In this document: in pieces, positions 49,097 through 64,000 of the stretch | How the letters are laid out: every line of letters starts with the position of its first letter | Numbering within the stretch: the stretch's first letter is position 1 | DNA from: an uncultured Aliarcobacter sp. | Lineage (GTDB): Bacteria; Campylobacterota; Campylobacteria; Campylobacterales; Arcobacteraceae | Reading direction: 5' to 3' | DNA: 64,000 nucleotides | Assembly (NCBI GenBank): GCA_963677435.1 | Contig: OY781945.1 | Location: forward strand, 352,001-416,000 | Translations under genes and position numbers: made by a program | Notes under the pieces: generated by a model | What the model was told of the DNA's origin: nothing | The model's database searches: none | What the model saw: only the letters and a program-made list of their open reading frames with translations

Positions 49097-49452
49097 AGTT
49101 CATATCTAATATACTTAAAGTTTTCACTATCTTGTATTGATGTTAACTTACAAAACTCTTCAAGTACTCTTGAACTCTCTTGTGCTCTTTTGAAATTAGC
49201 AATTAATATAGAATTTAAATCACTTCTATTTTGCTCACTTTTAATAGAGCCTCTTAAAACATCATTTTTAACATCTCTAGTTTCAAGTAGTTCAATATAA
49301 TTTTTTAATCTTGATAAGTGTCTTAATTCTTTAAGTTTGATAGCAGTTTGTTTGTCATTATATACATATCTAAAAATATCTTCAACCACTCGAATTCCTT
49401 CTCGTAGTCTATTTAGATTAGCATCAATAAGTCTTAATGTATTTGAGTTCAT
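49048..49452 (-). CDS. ThiD2-like protein (N-terminal domain of cyanobacterial-type thiamine-phosphate synthase)
   Basis: RLIDANLNRLREGIRVVED...ANFKRAQESSRVLEE; start moved to ATG 49452. Confidence 0.82.
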   Translation of the reverse strand: MNSNTLRLIDANLNRLREGIRVVEDIFRYVYNDKQTAIKLKELRHLSRLKNYIELLETRDVKNDVLRGSIKSEQNRSDLNSILIANFKRAQESSRVLEEFCKLTSIQDSENFKYIRYELYNLEMVLIKITSNSK

Positions 49453-49492
49453 ATTTGTAAATATAAAAACTAACTCCAAAAGGAGTTAGTTT

Positions 49493-50191
49493 CTATTCAT
49501 CATTACTATTCATGATTCCTAAAATTTGTAATAAAGATATAAACAAATTAAAGAAATCTAAATATAGAGATAATGCAGCTTCAATTGGTGAGTCATAATG
49601 ACCTTTGATAATATTTTGTGTGTCATATAATATGAAAGCAGAAAATAATAATGCACCAGCACTTGCAATTACTAATTGCATCATTGAAGATTGAATAAAG
49701 ATATTAGAAATACCAGCAACAATCATAATGATTAAAGCAATAAGTAAAAATTTACCCATTGAAGAAAAATCTCTTTTAGTTGTCATTGCGAACATTGAAA
49801 TTCCACCAAATGCAACAGATGTCATTAAAAATGCTTGTCCAACAATTGCTGCACCACCTGGCATTGCAAAAATTGCAGTTAATAATGGTGCAATAGTTAA
49901 ACCTGTAATAAATGTAAATGCAAATAATACAGCTAAGTTAACACCTGGAGTGTGTTTTGTTCTTGGAATAACAAAGAAAATTAATGCAAGTTCTACAGCA
50001 AATAAAACCCATTTAACAGGTCCCATTAAAATTGAAACAATACCTAATCCTATATACGCACCAGCAGTTGCAGCTAATAAAGAACCAGCAAATAATTGAT
50101 AAGTAGCTTTTAAAAAGCTCATTAACTGAACTTGTGATGATTCTTGTGTATATTGTGAAGATTGATTTGATAAGTAATCTCTATTGTACAT
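49493..50191 (-). CDS. Bax inhibitor-1/YccA family membrane protein
   Basis: ILYDTQNI, AALSLYLDFFNLFISLL. Confidence 0.93.
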   Translation of the reverse strand: MYNRDYLSNQSSQYTQESSQVQLMSFLKATYQLFAGSLLAATAGAYIGLGIVSILMGPVKWVLFAVELALIFFVIPRTKHTPGVNLAVLFAFTFITGLTIAPLLTAIFAMPGGAAIVGQAFLMTSVAFGGISMFAMTTKRDFSSMGKFLLIALIIMIVAGISNIFIQSSMMQLVIASAGALLFSAFILYDTQNIIKGHYDSPIEAALSLYLDFFNLFISLLQILGIMNSNDE

Positions 50192-50451
50192 ATACTTTCC
50201 TTTAAATTTTAATTTCGTAATTCTACTATGTAATATACTTATATATAGTTACATTGAAATATAGATAACGATATAACCAATATATTATATCAAAAAAGTA
50301 AATAAAAGATTAATATGGAGAAAAAATTGTTAAATTAAGAAGAGAAGTATCATAAAAAGTTTAAAACACAATATAAGTATAGTAAAAAAGAAATAATAGG
50401 ATAAAAAGAGTATGAATCCTAAAATTTAAGCTAAATTTTAGGTATAAGCTC

Positions 50452-50480
50452 TTGACAAAGAGGAAAGAATCTATTATAAT
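50452..50480 (+). promoter_or_regulatory. rRNA operon sigma-70 promoter
   Basis: TTGACA-17 bp-TATAAT followed by GC-rich TCCCGTCC. Confidence 0.9.
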
Positions 50481-50547
50481 TCCCGTCCAATTTGACTGAA
50501 GCGCATCAAACGAAAGAATGATAGGAAGCGTTGAAATCGAAGCTGGA

Positions 50548-50559
50548 TGATCTTTAAAA
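50548..50559 (+). promoter_or_regulatory. boxA-like antitermination site (second copy near 52707-52718)
   Basis: TGATCTTTAAAA in leader; TGATATTTAAAA in spacer. Confidence 0.55.
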
Positions 50560-50771
50560 ATAATTATAACGTTTGTAAAGTAATCTTTATAAACCGAATA
50601 TGAGACTCTTATAAAAATCTGTTATTTATTACAGATGTAAAATAAGAATAAATGTTAAAAATATAAAAACAAACAAGAACAATATGGTAAAACATATAAC
50701 TTGTCTATACTATGAGTGATAATTTTGTAATAGTAAAATAATACAGAATAAGTCAAGTTCAAAAACTTCAA

Positions 50772-52288
<1,517 letters not shown>

Positions 52289-52384
52289 CAGAGAATTGAG
52301 ACTAGATTCGTTTCTAGTTTCAAAACTAAAAAGAAAGAGTTTTTATATTCGGTTTATAAAGATTATTTAAATAGGTAGAAAAAT

Positions 52385-52461
52385 GGGCCTATAGCTCAGC
52401 TGGCTAGAGCGCTCGACTGATAATCGTGAGGTCCCAGGTTCAAGTCCTGGTAGGCCCACCA
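52385..52461 (+). tRNA. tRNA-Ile (GAT)
   Basis: GGGCCTA...CTGATAA...GTTCAAG...TAGGCCCACCA. Confidence 0.97.
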
Positions 52462-52528
52462 TTAAATAATCTATAAAGATTAATCATCGGGTCCTAAAAA
52501 AATGCAATTTTTTTGGGTAGATCAGTGT

Positions 52529-52604
52529 GGGGAATTAGCTCAGCTGGGAGAGCGCCTGCTTTGCACGCAGGAGGTCAGCGGTTCGATCCCGCTATTCTCC
52601 ACCA
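52529..52604 (+). tRNA. tRNA-Ala (TGC)
   Basis: GGGGAAT...TTTGCAC...GTTCGAT...ATTCTCCACCA. Confidence 0.97.
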
Positions 52605-52950
52605 CCTATTAAAAATAAGCTAAAATTTATAATTAGAAGAAATGATAAACAAGATTAAATATAAGTTCAAAAAGAATTGAATTTATATTTGATTTTCGAA
52701 TCAAAATGATATTTAAAAATATAATGTTAAAGTCTTTAATTTTTTCGTTTAATTAAAAGAACTAAAAGAATTTATTCTAATAGAACTAATAATTAAAAAC
52801 AAAAATTTTAATTATCTAGAAATAGATAGAACACAACTTTTTTATAAGATATATAGAGTTAGTTAATTAGATTTAATTAATAAAGTATGTTTAATAAGAT
52901 AGTAGCCAAAGAATATTATCAAAAATGCGACAGAATTTAATTCTGTTTAT

Positions 52951-55861
<2,911 letters not shown>

Positions 55862-56039
55862 TAACAAATTCTTTGGTTTACTATCTTATTAAATATATTG
55901 ATTATATGTTTAATATAAATGTGTGATTTTTAGAAAGAACAAAAAGACTTTAACATTATTTTTTTCTTAACTCCTAAACGAGTTGAGTGTAAAGTGTATT
56001 TACATATTTATTTATGTTTTTACTTTTTACACTCAACTT

Positions 56040-56156
56040 TGCTGGTGGCTATAGAGAAGTGGAAATACCCAGTCCCATTCCGAACCTGGAAGTCAAGCAC
56101 TTCATCGCCGATAATACTGCCGGGTCCCCTGGTGGAAACGTAGGCCGCTGCCAGCT
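56040..56156 (+). rRNA. rrf: 5S rRNA
   Basis: GCTGGTGGC...CCCATTCCGAAC...GCTGCCAGC. Confidence 0.97.
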
Positions 56157-56172
56157 CTTGAGTTTTTTACAC

Positions 56173-56224
56173 AAGCTTTTAACTATTCGAACTTCTTGTT
56201 CCTCTAGTTAAAAGCTTTTTTTTT
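56173..56224 (+). terminator. rRNA operon terminator
   Basis: AAGCTTTTAACTA...TAGTTAAAAGCTT plus T-tract. Confidence 0.8.
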
Positions 56225-56322
56225 AGCCCGCTTTTACTCCTTTGGGCTTTACTCCTCCCCTTATTTATTCTTTTAGCCTTTTTTTGATAGAATCTACTTT
56301 AGTTTACACTATAGGAATACAA

Positions 56323-56538
56323 TTGACAGAACAACCAAACAATCCACTTCATGGAATTAAATTAGAGATGATACTTGAATCACTTGTTGAACAGTATGGA
56401 TGGGATGAATTAGCTGATCGTATTGAAATAAGGTGTTTCTATAATAATCCATCTATAAAATCAAGTTTAACTTTTCTTAGAAAAACTCCTTGGGCTAGAA
56501 AAAAAGTTGAGAATTTATATTTAGCTTCAAAGAAATAA
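56323..56538 (+). CDS. VF530/DUF2132-family small DNA-binding protein
   Basis: [12 protein letters not shown]...[21 protein letters not shown]; start moved to TTG 56323 (AGGA RBS). Confidence 0.88.
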   Translation: MTEQPNNPLHGIKLEMILESLVEQYGWDELADRIEIRCFYNNPSIKSSLTFLRKTPWARKKVENLYLASKK

Positions 56539-56606
56539 AATCTGCTATATCCATATATAAAGTTTATTACACTATTATTCTTTTTTATAATAATATAGGA
56601 TTAAAA

Positions 56607-57353
56607 ATGATAAGAAAAATAGATACTAATAGTAATGAATTTTTAAATGAATTTGAATTAACAAAACAGTTTACTGATGAAGTAATATCTAAATATAGTT
56701 TAGTTTATAATCCAGATGAAGAGGTTAATAAATCAATTCAAATGGGACTTACTAGAAATCAAATGATTTATGGTAAAAAATTCTGTCCATGTTTTATGGT
56801 GATAGGACAAACACCATCAGAACAAGAAACAAATGAGAATAGACTTTGTCCATGTACTCCTGCTTTAACTAATGAAATACCATCAAAAGGTTCATGTCAC
56901 TGTGGAATTTTTTGTACGAAAGAGAAAGCATTAGAAATTAGTAAAGATAATAGTTTACATGATGCAGTTGCAACTCATTCCAGAGGTTTGACAAAAGAAG
57001 AATGTGAAAAACTACTTGAAAAAAATGAAGTTAATTCAGTAGAATTAGAGTCTTTATTAGAAGCTAGAGATTTGAATTTTGTTGATTTTAATTTAGTTGA
57101 TACAAGAGAATGGATGGAATGGGTTTCTACTAGAATAAAAGGAACAGATTACTTAATACCTACAACATCATTTTATGATGCCTTAGAGCGAATTATGGAT
57201 AAAAAGAATACACCAGTTGTTGTTTATTGTTTAAGTGGTAGTAGAAGTGCTTATTGTCAAAGAATAATGAAAGATTTAGGTTTCAAATCTGTTGCAAATT
57301 TAGATTATGGAATTTCTTCATATGGTGGAGAAAGAGAAAGTGGTGATATTTAA
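56607..57353 (+). CDS. Ferredoxin-thioredoxin reductase catalytic domain fused to a rhodanese domain
   Basis: CPC...CPC...CHC motifs, then LVDTRE..EW and YCLSGSRS. Confidence 0.85.
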   Translation: MIRKIDTNSNEFLNEFELTKQFTDEVISKYSLVYNPDEEVNKSIQMGLTRNQMIYGKKFCPCFMVIGQTPSEQETNENRLCPCTPALTNEIPSKGSCHCGIFCTKEKALEISKDNSLHDAVATHSRGLTKEECEKLLEKNEVNSVELESLLEARDLNFVDFNLVDTREWMEWVSTRIKGTDYLIPTTSFYDALERIMDKKNTPVVVYCLSGSRSAYCQRIMKDLGFKSVANLDYGISSYGGERESGDI

Positions 57354-57371
57354 TATTAATGTATCCTAATT

Positions 57372-58415
57372 TTAGGATACATTATCTTTAAAGTCATCAC
57401 TATATTTTTTTAAAAGTTGCATTATTGATATAAAAAATGTAACCATTGCAGGCCCAATAATCATCCCCCAAAAACCAAATGTTGAAAGTCCAGCTACAAT
57501 TGAGAAAAAGATTAAAAGTTCATTTACTGTTGTGGGTGTTTTAACAACTTTTTGATTTATATATTTAATAATCATTGGTTTTACAAAAGTATCTGCAATT
57601 ACTGAAATTACTACTATAGAATATATTGCAATAACAAGTGCATTTGTTACTGATGTTGTTGCTTCATAGATAACTATTGGAAGCCACATAATAACTCCAC
57701 CTATAACAGGAATTAAAGATGCAAATCCATATAAAACTCCAAAAAGTAATCCATCATAGTTGTAAAAACTAAGAAAGAATCCAAATAAAAATCCTTCAAA
57801 TATTGCAGTAATTAAAAGAGAATATAAAACTACAGTCATTACATTTGATGATTCGTAAAAAAGTATAATTGAATCATCTTTTTTAATCGGTAGTAATTCT
57901 TTTATAAATGTAGCAATAGAGATTGAATATAGAGCAAAGAAAAAATAGAATATTAAAATCAAAACCATATCAATCATGAATTTTGCTGAGTTTTTACCTA
58001 AATATGCACTAATAGATAAAATATTTTCAACAATTTTACTAACATCAATTTTTGAAACAATTTGTGAAAAAATATCTTTCATAAAAATAAAATCATTTGA
58101 ACTATTTTGTATAAATATTTTTATTTGGTTTAAATTTTCAATCAATAGTTGTTTATCAACATGATTGAAAAAATTTGCAAAGGAAAATATGCAGTATAAA
58201 ACAGGAATAAAAAATAGTGCAGCCAATGATATAGTCATAATCGAAACAGCAACTACTCTACTTTTTAATTTATTTTCTAAAAATAATGATATTGAACTTG
58301 TTGCCACCACTAATAAAACAGAAACAATAATTGGTTTTATAAATGGATCAAAAAGCTGAATAATGAAAAAAATCATTACAATAGCAATAGCAATTAGAAA
58401 ATAGGCTGCTTTCAA
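57372..58415 (-). CDS. AI-2E family transporter
   Basis: [23 protein letters not shown]; follows ruvB. Confidence 0.88.
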   Translation of the reverse strand: MKAAYFLIAIAIVMIFFIIQLFDPFIKPIIVSVLLVVATSSISLFLENKLKSRVVAVSIMTISLAALFFIPVLYCIFSFANFFNHVDKQLLIENLNQIKIFIQNSSNDFIFMKDIFSQIVSKIDVSKIVENILSISAYLGKNSAKFMIDMVLILIFYFFFALYSISIATFIKELLPIKKDDSIILFYESSNVMTVVLYSLLITAIFEGFLFGFFLSFYNYDGLLFGVLYGFASLIPVIGGVIMWLPIVIYEATTSVTNALVIAIYSIVVISVIADTFVKPMIIKYINQKVVKTPTTVNELLIFFSIVAGLSTFGFWGMIIGPAMVTFFISIMQLLKKYSDDFKDNVS

Positions 58416-59449
58416 AATAATTTTCCTTGTTGTAAATCATCATCTAATTTTTCACTGTTTGGATAAGATAATCTAAACATTTCATATGTTTTTAATGATG
58501 CGATTCTTCCTCTGGCTGTTCTTTCAATATAACCATTTGCAAGTAAGTAAGGTTCAATTGCATCTTCAATTGTTCCCTCATCTTCACTAAGAGCTGCAGC
58601 CATTGTAGAAAGTCCCATTGGTTTTCCTCTATTTGAAACTAGTAATTCAAGAAGATTTATATCCATTTCATCAAAACCACTCTCATTTACACCTAATTCA
58701 TCTAAGGCATATTTACATCTTGAAAGATGAATTAAATTTTCATTTTCAACTTCAGCAAAATCTCTTACTCTTTTTAGAAGTCTAAGGGCAACCCTTGGAG
58801 TTCCTCTACTTCTTCTAGAAATTTCAAAAGCTGCATCATTTTCACAAGATTTTGATAATTTAACTGCTGCTTTTTGAATAATTTTTGATAATTCATCTTG
58901 ATTATAAAATTGCATTCTAAAATGCATACCAAATCTCTCTCTTAAAGGATTTGACAACATACCAGCTCTTGTTGTTGCTCCAATTAAAGTAAATCTTGGT
59001 AAATCAATTTTTACAGTTTGAGCAGCAGGTCCAGAGCCTATGATAATATCTAGTCTGTAGTCTTCCATTGCCGGATATAAAATCTCTTCAACGGTTGGAG
59101 AGAGTCTATGTATTTCATCAATAAATAGAATATCACCCTCTTCAAGATTTGTTAAAATTGCAGCTAAATCACCACTCTTTTCAATCATAGGTCCAGCAGT
59201 TACTTTGATATTTGTATTCATTTCATTTGAAATAAGATAAGAAAGTGTAGTTTTTCCAAGTCCTGGAGGGCCATAAAAAAGAATATGATCTAAAGCTTCT
59301 TTTCTTTTTTTACTAGCTTCAATAAATACTTTTAGATTTTTTTTGATTTTTTCTTGACCAATATAATCATCCCAATTTGATGGTCTTAAACTAATTTCTG
59401 CATTATCTTCTTCAAAAGATACTGACTCAACTTCTACTAATCTTTCCAT
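58412..59449 (-). CDS. ruvB: Holliday junction branch migration helicase RuvB
   Basis: [29 protein letters not shown]. Confidence 0.98.
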   Translation of the reverse strand: MERLVEVESVSFEEDNAEISLRPSNWDDYIGQEKIKKNLKVFIEASKKRKEALDHILFYGPPGLGKTTLSYLISNEMNTNIKVTAGPMIEKSGDLAAILTNLEEGDILFIDEIHRLSPTVEEILYPAMEDYRLDIIIGSGPAAQTVKIDLPRFTLIGATTRAGMLSNPLRERFGMHFRMQFYNQDELSKIIQKAAVKLSKSCENDAAFEISRRSRGTPRVALRLLKRVRDFAEVENENLIHLSRCKYALDELGVNESGFDEMDINLLELLVSNRGKPMGLSTMAAALSEDEGTIEDAIEPYLLANGYIERTARGRIASLKTYEMFRLSYPNSEKLDDDLQQGKLF

Positions 59450-59454
59450 TTATA

Positions 59455-60264
59455 TTAATACTCTTCTTCTTTTGAAGGAAATGAACTATCTTGAACATCA
59501 TTTCTATATTGATTAACTGCTTCTTTTACCAATGAAGCTCCATCTAAATAGTGTCTTACAAATTTTGGTTTAAACTCTTCAAAAAATCCTAACATGTCTG
59601 ACCAAACTAGAACTTGACCATCAGTTACATTTCCGGCTCCAATTCCAATTATTGGAATATTTACGACCTCAGTGATTTTTTTTGCAACATTGCTCATTAC
59701 ACCCTCAACAACTATTGCAAATGCACCAGCTTTTTCAACTGCAATTGCATCTTCAATTAATTGATTCTCATCCTGATGAGTTTTTCCTCTAACTTTGTAT
59801 CCACCTTCACTTCTAACATATTGTGGCATTAATCCAATATGTCCCATAACTGCAATAGAGTTTGAAGTTAAATGTTTTATAATATCTGCTTTATCTGCTC
59901 CACCTTCAATTTTAACAGCTGCTGCATTTGTTTGTTGATAAACTTTAATGCAATTTTTTAAAGCTTCATCTTTATTTATATAAGTTCCAAATGGCATATC
60001 CATTATTACAAATGATTTTGGTGCACCAGTACAAACAGCATTTGTATGGTAAATCATTTGTTCAAGAGTTGCTGAAAGAGTATCTGGACGACCTGCAAAA
60101 CTCATATTTAAACTATCCCCAACAAGTATCATATCAGCAATTTCTTCAAATAGTTTTGCAAAAAGTGCATCGTATGCAGTAATTACTGTAAGTTTTTTAT
60201 TGTTTTTTGATTTTTTGATTTTAGTTATATTCATTTTTTCAAAATCATTTTTTATAATGCTCAT
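59455..60264 (-). CDS. panB: 3-methyl-2-oxobutanoate hydroxymethyltransferase
   Basis: TAYD, LVGDSL, VKIEGG, GHIGLMPQ, GIGAG..DGQVLV. Confidence 0.97.
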   Translation of the reverse strand: MSIIKNDFEKMNITKIKKSKNNKKLTVITAYDALFAKLFEEIADMILVGDSLNMSFAGRPDTLSATLEQMIYHTNAVCTGAPKSFVIMDMPFGTYINKDEALKNCIKVYQQTNAAAVKIEGGADKADIIKHLTSNSIAVMGHIGLMPQYVRSEGGYKVRGKTHQDENQLIEDAIAVEKAGAFAIVVEGVMSNVAKKITEVVNIPIIGIGAGNVTDGQVLVWSDMLGFFEEFKPKFVRHYLDGASLVKEAVNQYRNDVQDSSFPSKEEEY

Positions 60265-60430
60265 ATTTTTTCCTAATGACTATTAATAATTTGTATTGAT
60301 TATATCTAAAACTAACTTTTTTAATAAAAATTTTAAGATTTGTAAGAAAAAGGGGATATTTAAAGAACAAGTAAATAACTGTTCTGTTAATATTACTTAT
60401 ATAAAACTCAAGTATTAACAAAGTATTACT

Positions 60431-61843
60431 ATGAACAAAGAAACAAATCTTCAAAATCACTTAGCTGAGCAAACTATTATGTTTGCAAGTATTACAAAAT
60501 GGATTATTTTATCCTCTTTAATTGGTGCACTAATTGGTGCTGTTGTATCTTTATTTTTAAAACTTTTAGAGTATTGTGAAAATTCAAGGAGTTTACTTCC
60601 TTTTGATTATTATTATACTTTGCCTTTTGCTTTAGCAATAACTGTATTTATAGTTAAAAAATTTGCTCCAAGTGCTGAAGGGCATGGAACAGAAAAGGTA
60701 ATTGAGGCTATTCATAAAAATGCTGGAAAAATAAATTTTAGTGTAGTTCCCACAAAACTTTTTGCAACTGTATTAACTATTTTTGCTGGTGGTTCAGTTG
60801 GTAAAGAGGGTCCTGGTGCTCAAATTGGTGCTTCTTTAGCTTCATTTATAGCAATGAAATTGAGATTTTCAAATAGAGATAGAAAAAAAATAGTTATTTG
60901 TGGAATTAGTGCAGGTTTTGCATCTGTTTTTGGAACACCACTAGCTGGTGCTATTTTTGGAGTTGAGATATTAATCGTTGGTGGATTAATGTATGATATT
61001 TTATTACCATCTATAGTTGCTGGTTTTTCTGCTTTTTTTGTGGCAAAAATGTTTGGAATTAACTACACATATTTTTATATTGCATTCTTTTCTAATTTTG
61101 ATTTTAATTATGTATTAATTTCAAAAGTAATTATTGGTGGGATATTTTTTGGTTTAGTTGCAGATTTCATTATTACAACATTACATGAATTACATAAATA
61201 TATTGCAATGATAAAAATCAATTATATTCTAAAAGCATTTTTAGGTGGAGTTCTTATTGTAATTTTGACTTTAATTGTTGGTGATGAATATCTGGGATTA
61301 GGTTTTAATACCATAAAAGATGCCTTGTCCTCTGATGAAATGATTCATGAAAATATTCCTTGGTATACCTTTATTTTAAAAACTGTTTTCACATCATTAA
61401 CTTTAGCTTTTGGTGGAAGTGGAGGAGTTATTACTCCTATTTTTTATGTAGGTGCAACAAGTGGTAACTTCTTTGGATATTTAGTAGATGGATATATTCC
61501 ATTATTTGCTGCGCTTGGATTTGTAAGCGTATTAGCAGGAACTACAAGTGCTCCAATTGCAGCTATGATAATGTCTGTTGAGCTATTTGGAATGGATATT
61601 GGACACTATGCTGCAATATCCATTATAATTGCTTTTTTAATGACAGGACATAGAAGTGTTTTCCCTTCTCAGGTTTTATCTATGAAAAAATCAGAAGCAA
61701 TTGATATAAAATTAGGTGGAGAGTTAGAAAATACTGAAACCACTTATACTACAAGATTTTTTATAAATATGCAAAGAATTATTAAACTAATTATTAGTAG
61801 AAAGAGAAAAAATACTAAAGATAATGAAGACGAGATTAAATAA
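60431..61843 (+). CDS. CLC-family chloride channel/antiporter
   Basis: GGSVGKEGP, FGTPLAG, GGSGGVITP. Confidence 0.9.
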   Translation: MNKETNLQNHLAEQTIMFASITKWIILSSLIGALIGAVVSLFLKLLEYCENSRSLLPFDYYYTLPFALAITVFIVKKFAPSAEGHGTEKVIEAIHKNAGKINFSVVPTKLFATVLTIFAGGSVGKEGPGAQIGASLASFIAMKLRFSNRDRKKIVICGISAGFASVFGTPLAGAIFGVEILIVGGLMYDILLPSIVAGFSAFFVAKMFGINYTYFYIAFFSNFDFNYVLISKVIIGGIFFGLVADFIITTLHELHKYIAMIKINYILKAFLGGVLIVILTLIVGDEYLGLGFNTIKDALSSDEMIHENIPWYTFILKTVFTSLTLAFGGSGGVITPIFYVGATSGNFFGYLVDGYIPLFAALGFVSVLAGTTSAPIAAMIMSVELFGMDIGHYAAISIIIAFLMTGHRSVFPSQVLSMKKSEAIDIKLGGELENTETTYTTRFFINMQRIIKLIISRKRKNTKDNEDEIK

Positions 61844-61900
61844 TAGTTTAAAAGAAGATTTTAGATAAAATAAAATAAATTTAAAGAATAGGATAATGAT

Positions 61901-62641
61901 TTGAAAAAATTAGTTGGTTATATAACATCATCTCTTCCAAATAATAATTTTACAATAGATTTGGCATATAGTATGAAAGATGCTGGTGTTGATACTTTAG
62001 AATTAGGTATTCCTTTTTCTGATCCAGTTGCTGATGGACCTGTAATTGAAAAAGCAAATTTAATTGCATTAAATAATGGCTTTAAATTAAAGGATTTATT
62101 TGAAGTTTCTTCAAAAATAGCAAAAGATATTGATACTTTGTGGATGGGATATACAAACCCATTTTATCATTATGGAGTAGAAAAAATCTTAGAAAAAGCA
62201 AGTGAATATAACATTCAAGGAACAATTATTCCTGATCTTCCATATGAAATGGCTCAAGGTTTAGAACCATTATTTACTAAATATAACAAAGCAAATATCT
62301 CTTTTGTTGCACCAACAGATAGCAAAGAAAGAATTAAAACAATTGTTGAAAATTCTAAAAAATTTATTTATATGGTTGCTTATGCTGGAATTACAGGAAG
62401 TGGACAAAAAGAAGATTTATCAAAAATTATAGAAAATGTAAGAGAATATTCTTCTACACCTTTATATATTGGTTTTGGAGTTGATGAAAAAACTTGTAAA
62501 GAAAAAATAATTGGTGTTGATGGGGTAATTGTTGGAAGTGCTTTTGTAAAACATATTATTGATGATAGTTTATCAAATACTGAAAAAATAAAAAGAATCT
62601 CTGCAATTGCAAAAGAGATAAAAGAAAAAATAAACGAATAA
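61901..62641 (+). CDS. trpA: Tryptophan synthase alpha subunit
   Basis: ELGIPFSDPVADGPVI, GITG, IGFG, IVGSA. Confidence 0.96.
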   Translation: MKKLVGYITSSLPNNNFTIDLAYSMKDAGVDTLELGIPFSDPVADGPVIEKANLIALNNGFKLKDLFEVSSKIAKDIDTLWMGYTNPFYHYGVEKILEKASEYNIQGTIIPDLPYEMAQGLEPLFTKYNKANISFVAPTDSKERIKTIVENSKKFIYMVAYAGITGSGQKEDLSKIIENVREYSSTPLYIGFGVDEKTCKEKIIGVDGVIVGSAFVKHIIDDSLSNTEKIKRISAIAKEIKEKINE

Positions 62642-62643
62642 CA

Positions 62644-63381
62644 ATGCAGATATTTAATCAAGATATTGAATTTTTAGAAGAGAATAGAAGTTGCTCTTAT
62701 TTTGAAGATAAAATGTCTGATATTAGATATAAATACATTTATTCTTGCTCAACTATTAAATATCAAGAGATGTTAGAGCGAGGTTGGAGAAGATTTGGTC
62801 GAATGCATTTTGTTCCAGAGTGTAAGCTTTGTAATAAATGCGTTTCTATGAGAATAGATGTGGCTAATTATAAATTTTCAAAATCAGAAAAAAGAGTAAT
62901 TGCTAAAAATAAAGATACAAAACTATACATTAGACCCCCTTCTATTACAATGGAACACTTAAATCTTTATGATAAATATCATAGATTTATGAATGATAAA
63001 AAAGATTGGCCTTATACTCCAATTGAACCAGATGATTATTTAAAGTCTTATGTAGAAGCAAAAGAAGAGTTTGCTAAAGAGTTCTTATATGTAAAAGACG
63101 ATAAATTGATTGGAGTTGCCTTAGTCGATATCTTGCCTAATTCAATTTCTGCTATTTATTGTTATTATGATCATTCATATGCAGACTTGTCAATAGGAAA
63201 ATTTTCAATATTAGCACAAATAAAAATTGCAAAAGAGTTGAATATTCCATATATATATTTAGGTTATTGGATTAAAGATCATTTTTCAATGGGATATAAA
63301 GAAGCTTATACCCCTTTTGAAGTATTGAAAAATAGAGCTACTATTGATGAAATACCTCTTTGGGAGAAAAATGAATTATAA
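62644..63381 (+). CDS. Arginyl-tRNA--protein transferase family (Bpt/Ate)
   Basis: CSY, GWRRFG, CxxC, SAIYCYYD, YLGYWI. Confidence 0.9.
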   Translation: MQIFNQDIEFLEENRSCSYFEDKMSDIRYKYIYSCSTIKYQEMLERGWRRFGRMHFVPECKLCNKCVSMRIDVANYKFSKSEKRVIAKNKDTKLYIRPPSITMEHLNLYDKYHRFMNDKKDWPYTPIEPDDYLKSYVEAKEEFAKEFLYVKDDKLIGVALVDILPNSISAIYCYYDHSYADLSIGKFSILAQIKIAKELNIPYIYLGYWIKDHFSMGYKEAYTPFEVLKNRATIDEIPLWEKNEL

Positions 63382-63595
63382 TCTTATGGTGATTATAAGT
63401 ACAATAATTTGTGCTATAATCTCACTGCTTATTAGCTACTATTTAGTCCTGTTTTTTTTAAGTGAGGAAAGTGGTTTTTTTAAAATTGCTCAACTAATAT
63501 TGACTATAGTATCAATGACAACATTTTATGCTCCAATAAAACATATTATTATGAAATATATGAAAATAGAGGAAGAAAGAGAGAAAGATGATTAA
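63371..63595 (+). CDS. Small membrane hypothetical protein
   Basis: GGAG RBS before ATG 63371; two TM; overlaps both neighbours. Confidence 0.65.
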   Translation: MNYNLMVIISTIICAIISLLISYYLVLFFLSEESGFFKIAQLILTIVSMTTFYAPIKHIIMKYMKIEEEREKDD

Positions 63596-63953
63596 GTATA
63601 TAAGTTCTTTTTTATTACTTATTAATGTATTATTTGCACAGAACCTTGTACCAAACGAAGAAGAAACAACACAAAATGTACCTTACAATCCAAATGTAGA
63701 TTGTTTAATATTAGAAGATGAAAATTCAATTATATGTAAATTTGAAGTAATAAGAGATGAAAAAGATCAAAATATTATTATAAATTGGGTTAGTCCAACG
63801 GGTGAGATTTCAAGAACAAGAGAGATGGTTATCCCTGCAGGTGATAGTTCAGCTTATGATTATAGATATATTGATGGTAGAGAAAATGGAAAATGGGATT
63901 TTAAAATAACTTATCAAGGTAAAGACTATATCTCACAATTTGAATTGAAGTAA
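63588..63953 (+). CDS. Secreted hypothetical protein
   Basis: Signal peptide, Cys pair, beta-rich body. Confidence 0.7.
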   Translation: MIKYISSFLLLINVLFAQNLVPNEEETTQNVPYNPNVDCLILEDENSIICKFEVIRDEKDQNIIINWVSPTGEISRTREMVIPAGDSSAYDYRYIDGRENGKWDFKITYQGKDYISQFELK

Positions 63954-64000
63954 ATCTTCATTTCTAATTGAAATAATATTAATTAATAAATTTTAGTTGG

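Noticed and set aside
60265..61843. Fluoride riboswitch or CLC-F fluoride exporter
   Set aside because: No fluoride riboswitch consensus is visible upstream, and the protein has GKEGP rather than the CLC-F GREGT/GNNLI motifs.

Overview
AT-rich chromosomal window from an Arcobacteraceae (Campylobacterota) bacterium, judged from the 16S sequence and gene content. It holds a metY-rrf2-cysK sulfur operon, an RND efflux pump, a MoxR AAA/vWA pair with a candidate sigma-54 promoter, many housekeeping genes (ung, pyrE, frr, secG, ruvB, panB, trpA) and a complete 16S-tRNA(Ile)-tRNA(Ala)-23S-5S operon. The most notable region is 20.0-35.4 kb. An 'acetolactate synthase-like' ThDP enzyme plus aldehyde dehydrogenase operon sits behind a Fur-like box. 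The same ALDH is duplicated about 12.1 kb downstream as the last gene of a dctP-gabT-dctP-dctQM-usp operon, and dctP is itself duplicated around gabT, giving nested direct repeats. This context suggests the ALDH is a succinic-semialdehyde dehydrogenase and the ThDP enzyme a 2-oxoglutarate decarboxylase, i.e. a possible iron-sparing TCA bypass linked to GABA-type uptake and catabolism. An ERIC-like MITE, a REP-like doublet, a perfect FNR-type box and several small unusual proteins were also seen. No database searches were run: product calls rest on motif recognition.
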